This document shows positions 10,134 to 20,890 of a DNA stretch of 64,000 nt, one piece after another. The position numbers were made by a program, and so were the translations under genes. The DNA comes from an uncultured Pseudomonadota bacterium. Lineage in GTDB: Bacteria; Pseudomonadota; Alphaproteobacteria; Rhizobiales; Beijerinckiaceae. The stretch lies in the NCBI GenBank assembly GCA_963782195.1, contig CAWAIN010000005.1, positions 538,858 through 602,857 of the forward strand, in the 5' to 3' direction. The notes beneath the pieces are model-generated. The model was not told the origin of the DNA. It did no database searches and worked only from the letters and a program-made list of their open reading frames with translations. The first letter of the stretch is position 1; the number at the start of each line of letters is the position of its first letter.

Positions 10134-13100
10134 GAACGATCCCGCCGCACGTCACCGCTTTACAGCGCAAAGCCTCCGATCCGGGCGCCTCCGTCTGGGT
10201 TTCCGCCAATGCGGGCTCGGGCAAAACGCATGTGCTGGCACAGCGCGTGCTGCGGCTTTTACTCGATGGCGTGCCGCCGGCGAAAATTTTGTGTCTCACC
10301 TTCACCAAGGCGGCAGCGGCCAATATGGCCGAGCGCGTGTTCAAGGCGTTGTCGGAGTGGACGGCGCTCGACGACGTTGGGCTCGCCAAGACGCTCGCCG
10401 AGATCGGTGCGCCGAGGATCGATGCCGGCACACTGATTTTCGCGCGCCGTCTTTTCGCGCGCACCGTCGAGACGCCGGGCGGCCTCAAGATTTATACCAT
10501 TCACGGTTTCTGCGAGCGGCTGCTGCATCTCTTTCCGTTCGAAGCCAATGTACCGGGGCGCTTCGAGGTTCTCGACGATCTTGGCGAGGCCGAATTGCTT
10601 GTATTGGCGCGGCGCGAAGCCCTGATGCAGGCCGAACGCGATGGTGGCGCGCTCGGTACAGCATTGAAGACGCTCGCCACCGAAACGTCGGAGGACGATT
10701 TCAGTGGCCTGCTCAAGGAAGCGATGAAATATCGCGAACTATTGCGGCATCGCGATACCGATCGCGCAAGGCGCGATCTTGCCGGTGCACTCGGCGTCGA
10801 GGACGGCACGAGTGTCGCAACGATCGAAACCGAGATGATCGAAGCCGGTATCGGCCCGGCGCGTTGGCCGATGTTTGCGGACTTCTATGCCACCGGAACA
10901 CCGACCGATTGCAAGATGGCGGCCTTGCTCCGTCAAGCAGCGGCGGCATACAAGCTCGGCGAAGACGGCCAATCGGATTGCCTTGCTGCTTATTTTGAAA
11001 TCTTCTTCACGAAACAAAACGAATTGCGCAAAACGCTGGTGACGAAGACACCAGCCGGCCAACGCCCCGATCTCTCTGAAGAACTTTATCTTGAACAGGC
11101 GCGCCTAGAGCGCCTGCGCGCCTTGCGCAAAGCTGCTGCATGTCTCGAAAAGTCGGTCGCGCTGACGACGCTCGTTGCAGCGATCTTCGCGCGGTACGAA
11201 GCCACAAAGGCGCAGCGCGGAAAACTCGATTTCGACGATCTGATCGATCGCACGCTGGCACTCTTCGAGCGCTCCGATGCGCGCTGGGTGCTCTACAAAC
11301 TCGATTCCGGCATCGACCATATTCTCGTCGATGAGGCGCAGGATACCAGCCCGGCGCAATGGCGAATTCTCGAACATCTCGCCAGCGAATTCTTCGCCGG
11401 TGCAGGCGGCCGCAGCCAGACACGCACTTTCTTCGCCGTCGGCGACGAGAAACAATCGATCTTTTCTTTTCAGGGCGCCGCGCCGGATATGTTTCACGCG
11501 ATGCGCGCGAGCTTTGCGAAGAAATTCAGGGACGCGGAACAGACGTTCGAACATGTGTCGCTGAAAACCTCGTTCCGCTCCGTCCCGGCAGTGCTTGAGG
11601 CCGTCGACCGCGTGTTCACGGCCGAGGCGCATCAGCGTGGCCTTGTCTCAGCAGACGTGTGGATGGGGCACGAACCCCTCAAACAATCGCTGCCCGGCCT
11701 GATCGAAATCTGGCCGCCCGTAACAGGCGAGGAGCGGCCCGAGTTCAGAAGATTGGCGCCTGCCGCTCGATCTTCTCGACGAGAGCGATCCCGCGAATGT
11801 ACTTGCGGGCCGCATCGCAGAAAAGATCGCAGCGCTTATCGCGCCGGACTCCGGCGAGCGTGTCTACGATACGAAGCTGGAACACTTCCGCCCGATTACC
11901 GCCGGCGACGTGTTGATTCTTGTGCGCACGCGCAACGCGCTCTTCGATGCCATGATCCGCGCGCTGAAACAGGCGCGCGTCCCGGTGGCGGGTGCCGACC
12001 GGCTCGATCTCCTGGCTCATATCGCAGTGATGGATCTGATCGCCGCCGGTCACGCAGCCCTGCTGCCGCAGGATGATCTCACGCTCGCTGCCGTGTTGAA
12101 GTCGCCGCTGATCGGCTTCGACGATGACAATCTGTTACGCCTCGCGCCGAACCGGAAAAGCTCGCTCTTCGCGGCGCTCGGCCACTCCGGTGAGGCCAGA
12201 GACAAAGCGGCCTATGAGACGATTGTGCGTTGGCGCGCGCGGACAGCGGAGACGGCTTTCGATTTCTACGCGCGTCTACTCTCGGAGGACGGCGGGCGAC
12301 GCGCGATGGAAGCCCGGCTCGGCCCGGAAGCCTGCGATGCCATGGACGAATTTCTGCGTCTTGCCCTGCGCGCGGAAAAGGACGGCACGCGGTCGCTGCC
12401 AGCTTTTCTCGCCGAGATTGAAAGCCTCGAACTTTCGATCAAGCGCGACATGGAATCCGCCGCCGATTCGGTACGCGTCATGACCGTTCATGCCGCCAAG
12501 GGACTCGAGGCGAAAATCGTCTTTTTGCCGGATACCTGCAGCGCGCCGAGCGCCCGGCATGACGCGAAAATCCATCTGCTTCCACTGCGCGAATCGGATG
12601 GCAAAATTCTCGCATGGTCTCCCCGCAAGGATGATGATCCAGACGCCGTTATTAAGGCGCGGCAGGCAGGGCGCGACGAAGCCGAGAACGAGCATCGCCG
12701 CCTGCTTTACGTCGCGATGACGCGCGCCGAAGAGCGGCTCTATATCAGCGGCTTCTATCGCAGGAACGAGCCGAGCGCTCTGTGCTGGGGATCGATGATC
12801 GCGGCGACGCGCGGCGATTCCTTCGTCGAAATGCCCGCGTTCTGGAACGCGGACGAAACGATCTGGCGCTATGAAGCGCCGGGCGAAGATGGGCGTTTAG
12901 CCGATGCGGCGGCGCCTGCACAGACCGAGGCACCTCTGCCCGCTTGGCTGCTGACACGCGCGCCGGCTGAAGCCTCGCCCGCGCCGCCATTGCGGCCATC
13001 GAGTGCGCTCGCAGCTGGCGAACCCGAACTCCCGCCGCCGGGCTCCGAACGCCACGCGGCCCTGGCGCGCGGGCGCCTCGTACATACGCTGCTGCAATAT

Positions 13101-13568
13101 CTGCCAGATGTCGAAGCCGCGCGGCGGCGGACGGCGGCAGAGGCTTTCCTGCGGGCGCGGGCGCCGGATTTCGATGAAACGGCGCGCGGCGTCCTCATCG
13201 ATCAGGTGTTGGGCGTCCTCGCTATGCCGGCGCTTGCCGCGCTCTTCGGTTCCCGCGCGCGCGCCGAGGTCGGCGTTGCCGGGACGGCGACCTTGCAGAA
13301 TGGAAAGACCCGCGAAGTTCTGGGCCAGATCGACCGGATCGCCGAATCAGAGGCGGAGATCATCGTCGCCGACTACAAGACCGGCGCGCCAACGCCGGCC
13401 GATGCAACGCCCGAAAACTATCTCAGGCAAATGGCGCTTTATCGCACCGTGCTCGCCCCGCTCTGGCCAGACAAGAACTTGCGAATGCTGCTGATTTGGA
13501 CGGAGGGGCCAGCCATCGTCGAGCTTTCGGCGGCGCAACTGGATGCGGCGCTGGCAGGGCTGGCCTGA
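10130..13568 (+). CDS. addA: Double-strand break repair helicase AddA (apparent +1 frameshift at ~11745)
   Basis: VSANAGSGKTHVL, VDEAQDT, VGDEKQSIFSFQGA, MTVHAAKGLE, LLYVAMTRA, GQIDR/DYKTG; GTG 10130 overlaps the addB stop; halves join at RPE/EDWRLPLD. Confidence 0.9.
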
Positions 13569-13670
13569 CGAAAAGGCACCTTGGCTTGACGGTTTGGACC
13601 CTGCTTCTTACTTTCAGTTGACGAAAACTGCGCGAATTTGGTCTCGCAGCCAGCGTTCAAGAGGCGCCCT

Positions 13671-13991
13671 ATGGCCACAGTCAAAGTTACCGATGCCACC
13701 TTCAAAACCGAAGTCGAGGGCGCGTCTGAGCCCGTCGTGGTGGATTTCTGGGCGGAATGGTGCGGCCCTTGTAAGATGATTGGCCCCTCGCTCGAGGAAA
13801 TCGCCGATGAAATGAAGGGCCAGGTCAAGATCGTAAAGCTCAACGTCGATGAGAACCCGGGCGTAGCCGGAGCCTTCGGCATCCGCAGCATTCCGACCCT
13901 GCTTCTCTTCAAGGACGGCAAGCTCGCGCAGCAGAAGGTGGGCGCCGCGCCGAAGGGCGAGTTGAAGAAATGGATCGCCGCGGCCATCTGA
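13671..13991 (+). CDS. trxA: Thioredoxin
   Basis: [18 protein letters not shown]. Confidence 0.97.
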   Translation: MATVKVTDATFKTEVEGASEPVVVDFWAEWCGPCKMIGPSLEEIADEMKGQVKIVKLNVDENPGVAGAFGIRSIPTLLLFKDGKLAQQKVGAAPKGELKKWIAAAI

Positions 13992-14016
13992 CGAATTTCA
14001 GCGCCATAGAGGCTGA

Positions 14017-14046
14017 TAAAAGGACCTCGCGAGAGGTCCTTTTTTC
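14017..14046. terminator. Intrinsic terminator after trxA (bidirectional form)
   Basis: AAAAGGACCTC-GCGA-GAGGTCCTTTTTT hairpin with T-tract. Confidence 0.8.
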
Positions 14047-14058
14047 TTACTGGCTCAT

Positions 14059-14113
14059 AGCGTTTTCGAGCGAAGTAGAGGCCGGTTCGCGTAAAGAAAA
14101 CGCGTCGAAACAA
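14059..14113 (+). repeat. Rhizobial intergenic palindromic repeat, family A copy 1
   Basis: AGCGTTTTCGAGCGAAGT-N5-CCGGTTCGCGTAAAGAAAACGC; 40 of 45 nt identical to the reverse-complement copy at 40918-40962. Confidence 0.8.
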
Positions 14114-14127
14114 GTCCGGCGGCCGCG

Positions 14128-14760
14128 ATGACCTATTCCGTCAAGGAAATCTATTACACGCTGCAAGGCGAAGGCGCACAGGCCGGCCGCGCCGCCGTCT
14201 TTTGCCGCTTTGCCGGCTGCAATCTCTGGTCCGGCCGTGAGGCCGACCGCGCCGAGGCGCAATGCCGCTTCTGCGATACGGATTTCGTCGGCACCGACGG
14301 CCCCGGCGGCGGCAAATTTGCCGACGCGACAGCGCTGGCCGCGGCAATCAAGACGACGTGGGCGGGCGAGGCGGCGAACGCCCTTGTCGTCTTCACTGGT
14401 GGCGAGCCGTTTCTACAGCTCGATGACCCTTTGATCGCGGCCATGCATGCGCAGGGTTTTAGCTGTGCCGTCGAGACCAACGGCACGCTCCCGCCGCCGC
14501 CGGGCCTCGACTGGATTTGCGTCAGCCCAAAGGCGGATGCGCCTCTGGCGCTGACAGCCGGCGACGAATTGAAGCTGGTCTTCCCGCAGAAGGGCCTCGA
14601 CCCGGAGAGCTTCTCGGGGCTTGCCTTCCGGCATTTCTTCCTGCAACCGATGGATGGGCCGGCGCAGGACGCCAGTATCGCGCAGGCGGCAGCCTATTGC
14701 CTGGCGCATCCGCGCTGGCGCCTGAGCCTGCAAACCCACAAGCTGATCGGCTTGCCCTAA
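14128..14760 (+). CDS. queE: 7-carboxy-7-deazaguanine synthase (radical SAM)
   Basis: YSVKEIYYTLQGEG, atypical C-x14-C-x2-C cluster motif (CNLWSGREADRAEAQCRFC), TGGEP, VETNG, WRLSLQTHK. Confidence 0.95.
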   Translation: MTYSVKEIYYTLQGEGAQAGRAAVFCRFAGCNLWSGREADRAEAQCRFCDTDFVGTDGPGGGKFADATALAAAIKTTWAGEAANALVVFTGGEPFLQLDDPLIAAMHAQGFSCAVETNGTLPPPPGLDWICVSPKADAPLALTAGDELKLVFPQKGLDPESFSGLAFRHFFLQPMDGPAQDASIAQAAAYCLAHPRWRLSLQTHKLIGLP

Positions 14761-14785
14761 TAACTTGCCGTAACAAATTGAGCAG

Positions 14786-15142
14786 ATGAAGATCACCCAG
14801 GCTTTTTCATTCGAGGCGGCGCATTTCCTGCCCAAGGTCGCGCCGACGCATCGCTGCCGTAACCTGCACGGCCATTCCTATCGCGTCGAACTCAGGCTCG
14901 AAGGGCCGGTCGATGCCGAGAGCGGCTTCGTCGTCGATTTCTTCGCCATCGAAAAAGTCTTCGCGCCACTGTATGCGCAGCTCGATCATCATTGCCTGAA
15001 CGAAATTCCCGGCCTCGAAAATCCAACCGCGGAAAATATCGCAATCTGGATTTACGACCAGATCAAGCCGACCTTCCCCGAACTCTCCGCCGTCGTCGTT
15101 TTTGAGACGAAGGATTGCTGCGCGGAATATGAGGGGCACTGA
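14786..15142 (+). CDS. queD: 6-carboxytetrahydropterin synthase
   Basis: FEAAHFLP, CRNLHGHSY, LDHHCLNEI, NPTAENIA. Confidence 0.93.
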   Translation: MKITQAFSFEAAHFLPKVAPTHRCRNLHGHSYRVELRLEGPVDAESGFVVDFFAIEKVFAPLYAQLDHHCLNEIPGLENPTAENIAIWIYDQIKPTFPELSAVVVFETKDCCAEYEGH

Positions 15143-15174
15143 CGGTTGAGAGTGAAGCACGCAGTTCCCAATGC

Positions 15175-15260
15175 GTCATGGCCGGGCTTGACCCGGCCAT
15201 CCAGGCTCGCGGCTCTTCGTAAGACGGCGCCTGGATGCGCGGATCAAGTCCGCGCATGAC
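15175..15260. repeat. REP-like cloverleaf palindromic repeat (family C) between convergent queD and SDR genes
   Basis: GTCATGGCCGGG-CTTGA-CCCGGCCATCCAGG...CCTGGATGCGCGGA-TCAAG-TCCGCGCATGAC; two hairpins inside an outer stem. Confidence 0.8.
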
Positions 15261-15265
15261 GATGG

Positions 15266-16057
15266 CTACGCAATCGTATCGACCACGCCGCCATCGACGC
15301 GCAGCGCCGCACCCGTGGTCGCCGAGGCCTGCGGCGAGGCGACATACACGACCAGATTGGCGACTTCCTCGACGCTGGCGGCGCGCTGGATGATCGAACT
15401 CGGCCGGTGCTTTTTGACGAAGGCGGCCGCCGTTTCTTCGACCGAACCGCCGTCGCTCGACATCTTTTCAAGGAAATCGACGACGCCTTCCGACAGGGTT
15501 GGCCCCGGCAGCACGGAATTCACCGTGACGCCCGTGCCAGCGGCACGCTTGGCGATGCCGCGCGCGATCGAAAGCTGCGCCGTTTTGGTGAAGCCGTAAT
15601 GGATCATTTCAACGGGGATGTTTAGCCCCAATTCCGAGGAGATGAAAATCACGCGACCCCAATTGCGTGCCATCATGCCCGGCAGATAGGCGCGCGTCAG
15701 CCTGACGCCAGACAGCACATTCACCTCGAAAAAACGCTGCCATTCGGAATCGGGAATTTCAAAGAAATCCTGCGGATGAAAAATGCCTACGTTGTTGACG
15801 AGGATATCCGCCGATGGAACGGCCTTGATGAGCGTGTCGCAGCCCGCGACCGTGCCGAGATCGGCCGCAACGCCCTGAAGCTCAGCCTTTGGCGCCGCCT
15901 TTTTCAATTCGCCCAAAGCCTCGTCCACCGCCTTCTGGCCCCGCCCGTTGACGACGACGAGCGCCCCGGAGAGGGCCAAGCCTTTGGCGACAGCAAAGCC
16001 GATGCCGCGCGTCGAGCCTGTCACAATCGCACTCTTGCCAGTCAGATCGATCAGCAA
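15266..16057 (-). CDS. Short-chain dehydrogenase/reductase (SDR)
   Basis: TGSTRGIG, NNVG, HYGFTK (YxxxK), VNSVLPGPT; TTG start with GGAGAAG RBS. Confidence 0.9.
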   Translation of the reverse strand: MLIDLTGKSAIVTGSTRGIGFAVAKGLALSGALVVVNGRGQKAVDEALGELKKAAPKAELQGVAADLGTVAGCDTLIKAVPSADILVNNVGIFHPQDFFEIPDSEWQRFFEVNVLSGVRLTRAYLPGMMARNWGRVIFISSELGLNIPVEMIHYGFTKTAQLSIARGIAKRAAGTGVTVNSVLPGPTLSEGVVDFLEKMSSDGGSVEETAAAFVKKHRPSSIIQRAASVEEVANLVVYVASPQASATTGAALRVDGGVVDTIA

Positions 16058-16148
16058 TTCTCTTCTCCATCGGACGTTGCGTTTCGAGCCCGATTTAGGC
16101 TCTCCCCTCACGTCGCGCTATAGAGGATGAACGGAAATTGTTTGGGAC

Positions 16149-17126
16149 ATGCCCATGAAGTCCGAATTGGCCGAAGACGCGCCGATGCGAGGGCTGGCCA
16201 GCCTGCCGGTTTTCTTCAAGCTTGGCGGGCGCCGCATTCTGGTCGCGGGCGGCAGTGCTGGTGCTGCCTGGAAGGCCGAGCTGCTGCAAGCCACCGGCGC
16301 TGATGTCGCCGTGTTCAGCGCCGTGCCTGGCGAAGACATGCGCGCGCTTGCGGCGCGAACGTCAGCGATGACGCTTGTAACGCGCGATTGGATCGACAGC
16401 GATTTCGCTGATGCCGCATTGGCCATCGGCGATTTCGCGACAGAGGAGGATGCGGCGCGTTTTCGCGGCGCGGCCCTGCGCGCACGCGTGCCTGTCAATA
16501 TCGTCGACAAGCCGGACTATTGCGATTTCCAATTCGGCACGATCATCGATCGCTCGCCCCTCGTCGTCGCGATTTCCACGACTGGTGCGGCGCCGGTTTT
16601 TGCGCTGGCACTCCGCGGCCGCATCGAAGCGTTGCTGCCGCAAAGTCTCAAGACCTGGGCGCAAGCCGCGCAGACATGGCGCCCGAGGCTCGGCGATGCC
16701 GAGTCGCGGCGCCGCTTCTGGGAGCATTTCGTGACGCGCGCACTGGGTTCGCGTGCACCGGAGCCGCATGATTTTGAGGAATTGATCGAAGCCGCCCAGC
16801 GCGAAACGGAGGCCCAAAAGGGCACAATCACCTGTCTCGCAATCACCTCAGATGACCCGGAGCTTCTCACGCTGAAAGCACTGCGGCTTCTTCAATCGGG
16901 TGAAGTCGTTTTCTACGAAAGCGGTGTTTCATCACAAATCGTCGAAATGGCGCGGCGTAAATCCGCCAAAATTCGTTGCACTGCGAAGGATGACATCGCC
17001 GCACAAATCCTTGCCGAAGCGCACAAAGGCAAACGCGTCATCTGGCTCGCTGCAAGCGGACCTGACGGCACAATCCTCAACGCGCTTCGCGCGGCGGGAT
17101 TTGCAGTCGATTCAGCGCGTACCTAG
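16149..17126 (+). CDS. cysG: Siroheme synthase CysG-like: N-terminal dehydrogenase/ferrochelatase with truncated, degenerate methylase domain
   Basis: LPVFFKLGGRRILVAGG, VNIVDKPDYCDFQFGTIIDRSPLVVAISTTGAAPVFA, DPELLTLKALRLLQ; only 325 aa. Confidence 0.75.
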   Translation: MPMKSELAEDAPMRGLASLPVFFKLGGRRILVAGGSAGAAWKAELLQATGADVAVFSAVPGEDMRALAARTSAMTLVTRDWIDSDFADAALAIGDFATEEDAARFRGAALRARVPVNIVDKPDYCDFQFGTIIDRSPLVVAISTTGAAPVFALALRGRIEALLPQSLKTWAQAAQTWRPRLGDAESRRRFWEHFVTRALGSRAPEPHDFEELIEAAQRETEAQKGTITCLAITSDDPELLTLKALRLLQSGEVVFYESGVSSQIVEMARRKSAKIRCTAKDDIAAQILAEAHKGKRVIWLAASGPDGTILNALRAAGFAVDSART

Positions 17127-17132
17127 AGAGAT

Positions 17133-17426
17133 TTAGACGGCCGTCGGACGCAGCCGGCGCGAGGGTTTGCGCTCGACAATGACCGTCCGCGTTGCGCCTT
17201 CGCGACTCGGCGCCATGACAACACGCGCGAGCTTGACGGGTTTCGCCGCCTTCAAAACCTCGGCGCGCACGGCCTCGAGCGGCAGGGCCATGAGGCCCGC
17301 AGCAATTTCGATCTGCTCGTCCAGTTCGTCCGAAAGGCCCTGCGCCGCCGCTATCGCCTCTTCAAGCGTGGGCGGGTCATGCCTTACGCGGCGCGAACCG
17401 TATTTTGTTTCCCAAATCTCGGACAT
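17133..17426 (-). CDS. Conserved hypothetical protein (rhizobial)
   Basis: WETKYGSRRVRHDPPTLEEAIAAAQGL resembles a small conserved Hyphomicrobiales family; normal codon style. Confidence 0.65.
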   Translation of the reverse strand: MSEIWETKYGSRRVRHDPPTLEEAIAAAQGLSDELDEQIEIAAGLMALPLEAVRAEVLKAAKPVKLARVVMAPSREGATRTVIVERKPSRRLRPTAV

Positions 17427-17563
17427 GTCTTCCAGCATTCCAGAACGCCGGCAGGCAAGGTCCTTCGCGAGCCAGCAATGCTTATTAGCCCCGTTCGCCA
17501 TATCGCAGCAAGGCACAGGCCCGCGACATTTCGTGACCAATCGCACATCATGGTTTTGAATGT

Positions 17564-18200
17564 TTAAAGACAGGCGCGCGAAAAAGCCTGAAACGCGCGC
17601 GCACGATGCGAGAGCGCCGGCGAGCCGTCGGTGGGAATTGCCTGCTTCTCATCCATCATCATTTCGCCGAACGTCCGCGTCAGTCCATCGGGCAGGAATA
17701 TCGGGTCATAGCCAAACCCTTTCGTCCCGCGCGGCGGGAAGACGAGTGTGCCATCCACCTTGCCTTCAAAAATATCGGTGGCGCCATCCGGCCAGGCGAG
17801 CGCCAGAACCGAGACGAAATGCGCCCGGTACGGCGGCGCAGCCCTAGTCTCAGCGACCGCCGTTTGGACTTTCTTGATCGCATTTGCGAAATCGCGGGCG
17901 CCACGCCGGCTCAATCTCCGCCCAGCGCGCCGAGAGCAGGCCGGGAGCGCCGCCGAGCGCATCGATACAAAGACCCGAATCGTCGGCCAGCGCCGGAAGC
18001 CGCGCCGCATCGGCAGCCGCGCGCGCCTTCAATTCCGCATTTGCGGCAAAGGTCGCGCCGGTTTCTTCCGGCTCCGGCAAGCCAAGTTCACCCGCCGAAA
18101 CCGCCTCGATGCCATGAGGCTTCAGAAGCGCCTGCATCTCCCACAGTTTGCCGCGGTTATGCGTGGCGATGACAAGCCGGCCGCTCAGACGCTTCGACAT
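17564..18200 (-). CDS. rdgB: Non-canonical purine NTP pyrophosphatase RdgB/HAM1 (apparent frameshift at ~17906)
   Basis: [37 protein letters not shown], then in the second frame [12 protein letters not shown] and SHRARAF. Confidence 0.88.
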
Positions 18201-18201
18201 C

Positions 18202-18915
18202 TCAGGCGATCGCCTGCTTCTGCAACGCGACGAGTTCGGAGATTCCTTTGCGGGCAAGACCTAGCATCGCGCTGAAATCAGCCTCGCTGAACACCGCCGC
18301 CTCCGCCGTCGCCTGAATTTCAACGAGCGCGCCGGTGCCGGTGATGACGAAATTCGCGTCGGTCTGTGCGGCGCTGTCTTCGGCATAATCGAGATCGAGC
18401 ACGGCCTCGCCGTTTGAGATGCCACACGAAATTGCGGCGACATGATCGCGCAACGGAATCTCTTTCAGGATCGAGCGCGAATGCATCCATTTGAGGCATT
18501 CGCGCAGCGCCACCCAGCCGCCCGTGATCGAGGCGGTGCGCGTGCCGCCATCGGCCTGCAACACGTCGCAATCGATCGTGATCTGGCGTTCGCCGAGCAT
18601 TTGAAGATCGGTCACGGCGCGCAGGCTGCGGCCAATGAGACGCTGGATTTCCTGCGTGCGGCCGGAAGGTCGGCCGGCGACGATTTCACGGCGCGTGCGT
18701 GAATGAGTAGCACGCGGCAGCATGGCATATTCCGCTGTCACCCAGCCCCGGCCCTGCCCACGCAACCATTGCGGCGGCTTGTCTTCAAGCGAGGCCGTAC
18801 AAAGCACATGCGTCTCGCCGAACTTTATGAGGCAGGAACCTTCGGCGTAGCGCGCAACATTGCGCTCGATGATGACCTGCCGCATTTCATTCGCTGCACG
18901 CTGGGAAGGACGCAT
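18202..18915 (-). CDS. rph: Ribonuclease PH
   Basis: [53 protein letters not shown]. Confidence 0.97.
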   Translation of the reverse strand: MRPSQRAANEMRQVIIERNVARYAEGSCLIKFGETHVLCTASLEDKPPQWLRGQGRGWVTAEYAMLPRATHSRTRREIVAGRPSGRTQEIQRLIGRSLRAVTDLQMLGERQITIDCDVLQADGGTRTASITGGWVALRECLKWMHSRSILKEIPLRDHVAAISCGISNGEAVLDLDYAEDSAAQTDANFVITGTGALVEIQATAEAAVFSEADFSAMLGLARKGISELVALQKQAIA

Positions 18916-19097
18916 CAAATTTTCGACCTGAACAATTGGGAAACGGACCTCTGCTTAGGCGGTTCGGCCACCCTATGCAACTGCGGCCAAATCGACGCTT
19001 GAAGGGCGCGGAACCATCGTTGCGACGCGACGTTGCGGGGGCGGGCGATGCGGCGGCGATGTCGCCGTATAGGGCATATCTGCTACCCACGAGGTGT

Positions 19098-19478
19098 ATG
19101 ATGAAACACTTTCTCTTCACGAGTCTGTTCGCGGCGACGGCTGCGATTGGCTTTAGCCCGATGGCTTATGCGCAGCGTGCCTGCGTGCCCATTGCCGCAG
19201 CGCAGGTACAATTCGAGATGGCAACCCAGCAGGCCGGCGGCACCGCGATCGCCTTGTCCGGCGATCAAGCCGAGCGATTCCTTGATTACATCAACGACAA
19301 TATCGGCCAGCATACCGATTATTGGGGCGACGGCGTTCTTGTCACCCGTTTCCCGGCCTTGGGCTATGACGCCATGGCAATTGTCGATGACGGTTGTGTC
19401 GACGAGAGCAAGGCGATCCGCCTCAATCCCGCAGACACCGCCGCGGCGCTTCAGCACGCAGACGAAGACTCCTACTGA
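19098..19478 (+). CDS. Small secreted hypothetical protein (tandem paralog 1)
   Basis: GAGGTG RBS, signal peptide ending AYA, two Cys, shares AERFL core with the next ORF. Confidence 0.7.
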   Translation: MMKHFLFTSLFAATAAIGFSPMAYAQRACVPIAAAQVQFEMATQQAGGTAIALSGDQAERFLDYINDNIGQHTDYWGDGVLVTRFPALGYDAMAIVDDGCVDESKAIRLNPADTAAALQHADEDSY

Positions 19479-19627
19479 CAATGACAAAGGCGTTGCCCGG
19501 GCTATCAGCCCCGGGGCGCCGCGCGGCTCTGGATAAGCCGCCGCACCGCCTATAGGATAGGCGGCGATTCGGCGGCGAGTCGTCTCTGCATTCCTGCCTC
19601 GCCGTGATTAAAAGGCCGGGGCAAAGG

Positions 19628-20011
19628 ATGCGATCACATCTCTTCAGAAGCGTGCTCGCTGCGGCTTGTTTCGCCAGCCTTGTCGGCACATCGCAAGCCG
19701 GCGCATTACGCTGCGCGCCGGGCATGGTGGACGGAATGCGCGCGGCTGTCGTCGCGGCCTCCGCACCGAGAGGTACAATCTACCTCACAGATGAGAAGGC
19801 CGAGCGATTTTTAGCCTTTTTGAATTTCGGCCTCGCGCGGCAGACGGAATATTTGGCGCAAGCCGTCATCATCCAGCATTACTATGGTTACGGCTTCGAC
19901 GATGTCTCGCTCGTCAACAATGATTGCATCAGCGGCACGCTCCGGCTGCAATCGCGCGCGACACGCGTCGCCATAGAGGCGGCGGAAAATCCCTTCCCGC
20001 CGTTTCCTTGA
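19628..20011 (+). CDS. Small secreted hypothetical protein (tandem paralog 2)
   Basis: Signal peptide ending SQA, two Cys, AERFL core shared with the previous ORF. Confidence 0.7.
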   Translation: MRSHLFRSVLAAACFASLVGTSQAGALRCAPGMVDGMRAAVVAASAPRGTIYLTDEKAERFLAFLNFGLARQTEYLAQAVIIQHYYGYGFDDVSLVNNDCISGTLRLQSRATRVAIEAAENPFPPFP

Positions 20012-20014
20012 GCC

Positions 20015-20860
20015 TTAGGCCCAATCGACCCCGGTTAACTCAGCCGACTTCGCCCAGAGTGCCGCAGCAAGGCCCATATCCTGCGCCGCAGCCGACGTTT
20101 TGGCGATCTTGTTCTTGGCGAAATATTCGCCGGTGACGTTCGCCACATCCGGCGATGAAGCGAGATAGACGATCGTCGCCGCGCCCTTCTCCGGCGAAAT
20201 GGCAAAGAGCTGAAGCGCTTTCAAGAAAGGTTGTAGAACGCCGCCGCTTTCGTGCCCGAAGCGGGTCGCCACCACGCCCGGATGTAGGCAATTGGCCGTG
20301 AGGCCCGTACCGCGCAGGCGCCGCGCAAGTTCGCGGGTAAAGAGGATGTTTTCAAGTTTCGAGCGGCCATAGGACTTGAGGCTCGAATAGCCATTCTTGG
20401 TCTGCAGATCGTCGAGATCGATCTTCATACCCATATGAGCTGTAGATGATGTGCTGACGATGCGCGCCGGAGTCGAGCCCAACAGCCTTTCGCGCAGACC
20501 AGCCGTGACCACAAAATAGGAAAGATGATTGAGCGCGAAGGTTAGCTCAAAACCTTCGGCCGTAACTTGGCGCTGCGCGAAGGCCGCGCCGGCGTTGTTG
20601 ATGAGCACGTCGATGCGCGGCTCGCTCGCGGCAATCTCGGCCGCGACGCGCTTCATCTCCGCGACGAGCGAGAGATCGGCATAATGAACCTTGTGTGACA
20701 ACCCCGGCGCTTTGGCGTCGAGTTTCGCGAGCGTCGCTTCGCCGCGATTGCGATCACGCGCGATGAAAACGATCCGCGCCCCTTTGCCGCCGAGTTCGAG
20801 CGCTGCAACTTCGCCGATGCCGGATGTGGCACCGGTGATTACAACAGTTTTACCTTGCAT
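20015..20860 (-). CDS. SDR oxidoreductase (retinol dehydrogenase-like)
   Basis: TGATSGIG, LINNAG, NHLSYF, YGRSK, NCLHPG. Confidence 0.9.
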   Translation of the reverse strand: MQGKTVVITGATSGIGEVAALELGGKGARIVFIARDRNRGEATLAKLDAKAPGLSHKVHYADLSLVAEMKRVAAEIAASEPRIDVLINNAGAAFAQRQVTAEGFELTFALNHLSYFVVTAGLRERLLGSTPARIVSTSSTAHMGMKIDLDDLQTKNGYSSLKSYGRSKLENILFTRELARRLRGTGLTANCLHPGVVATRFGHESGGVLQPFLKALQLFAISPEKGAATIVYLASSPDVANVTGEYFAKNKIAKTSAAAQDMGLAAALWAKSAELTGVDWA

Positions 20861-20890
20861 GATCGCACCTCGGGTAATTACCCGGGGCGG

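Noticed and set aside
7016-13568. addA and addB as true pseudogenes or programmed frameshift genes
   Set aside because: Each break is one extra base in a 2-nt run, with no slippery heptamer or stimulatory structure evident; both halves are fully conserved, and similar indels occur throughout the window.
14128-15142. queE-queD as part of a 7-deazaguanine DNA-modification (dpd) or phage defence cluster
   Set aside because: No dpdA/tgt-like, helicase or nuclease partners nearby; ordinary queuosine pathway genes.
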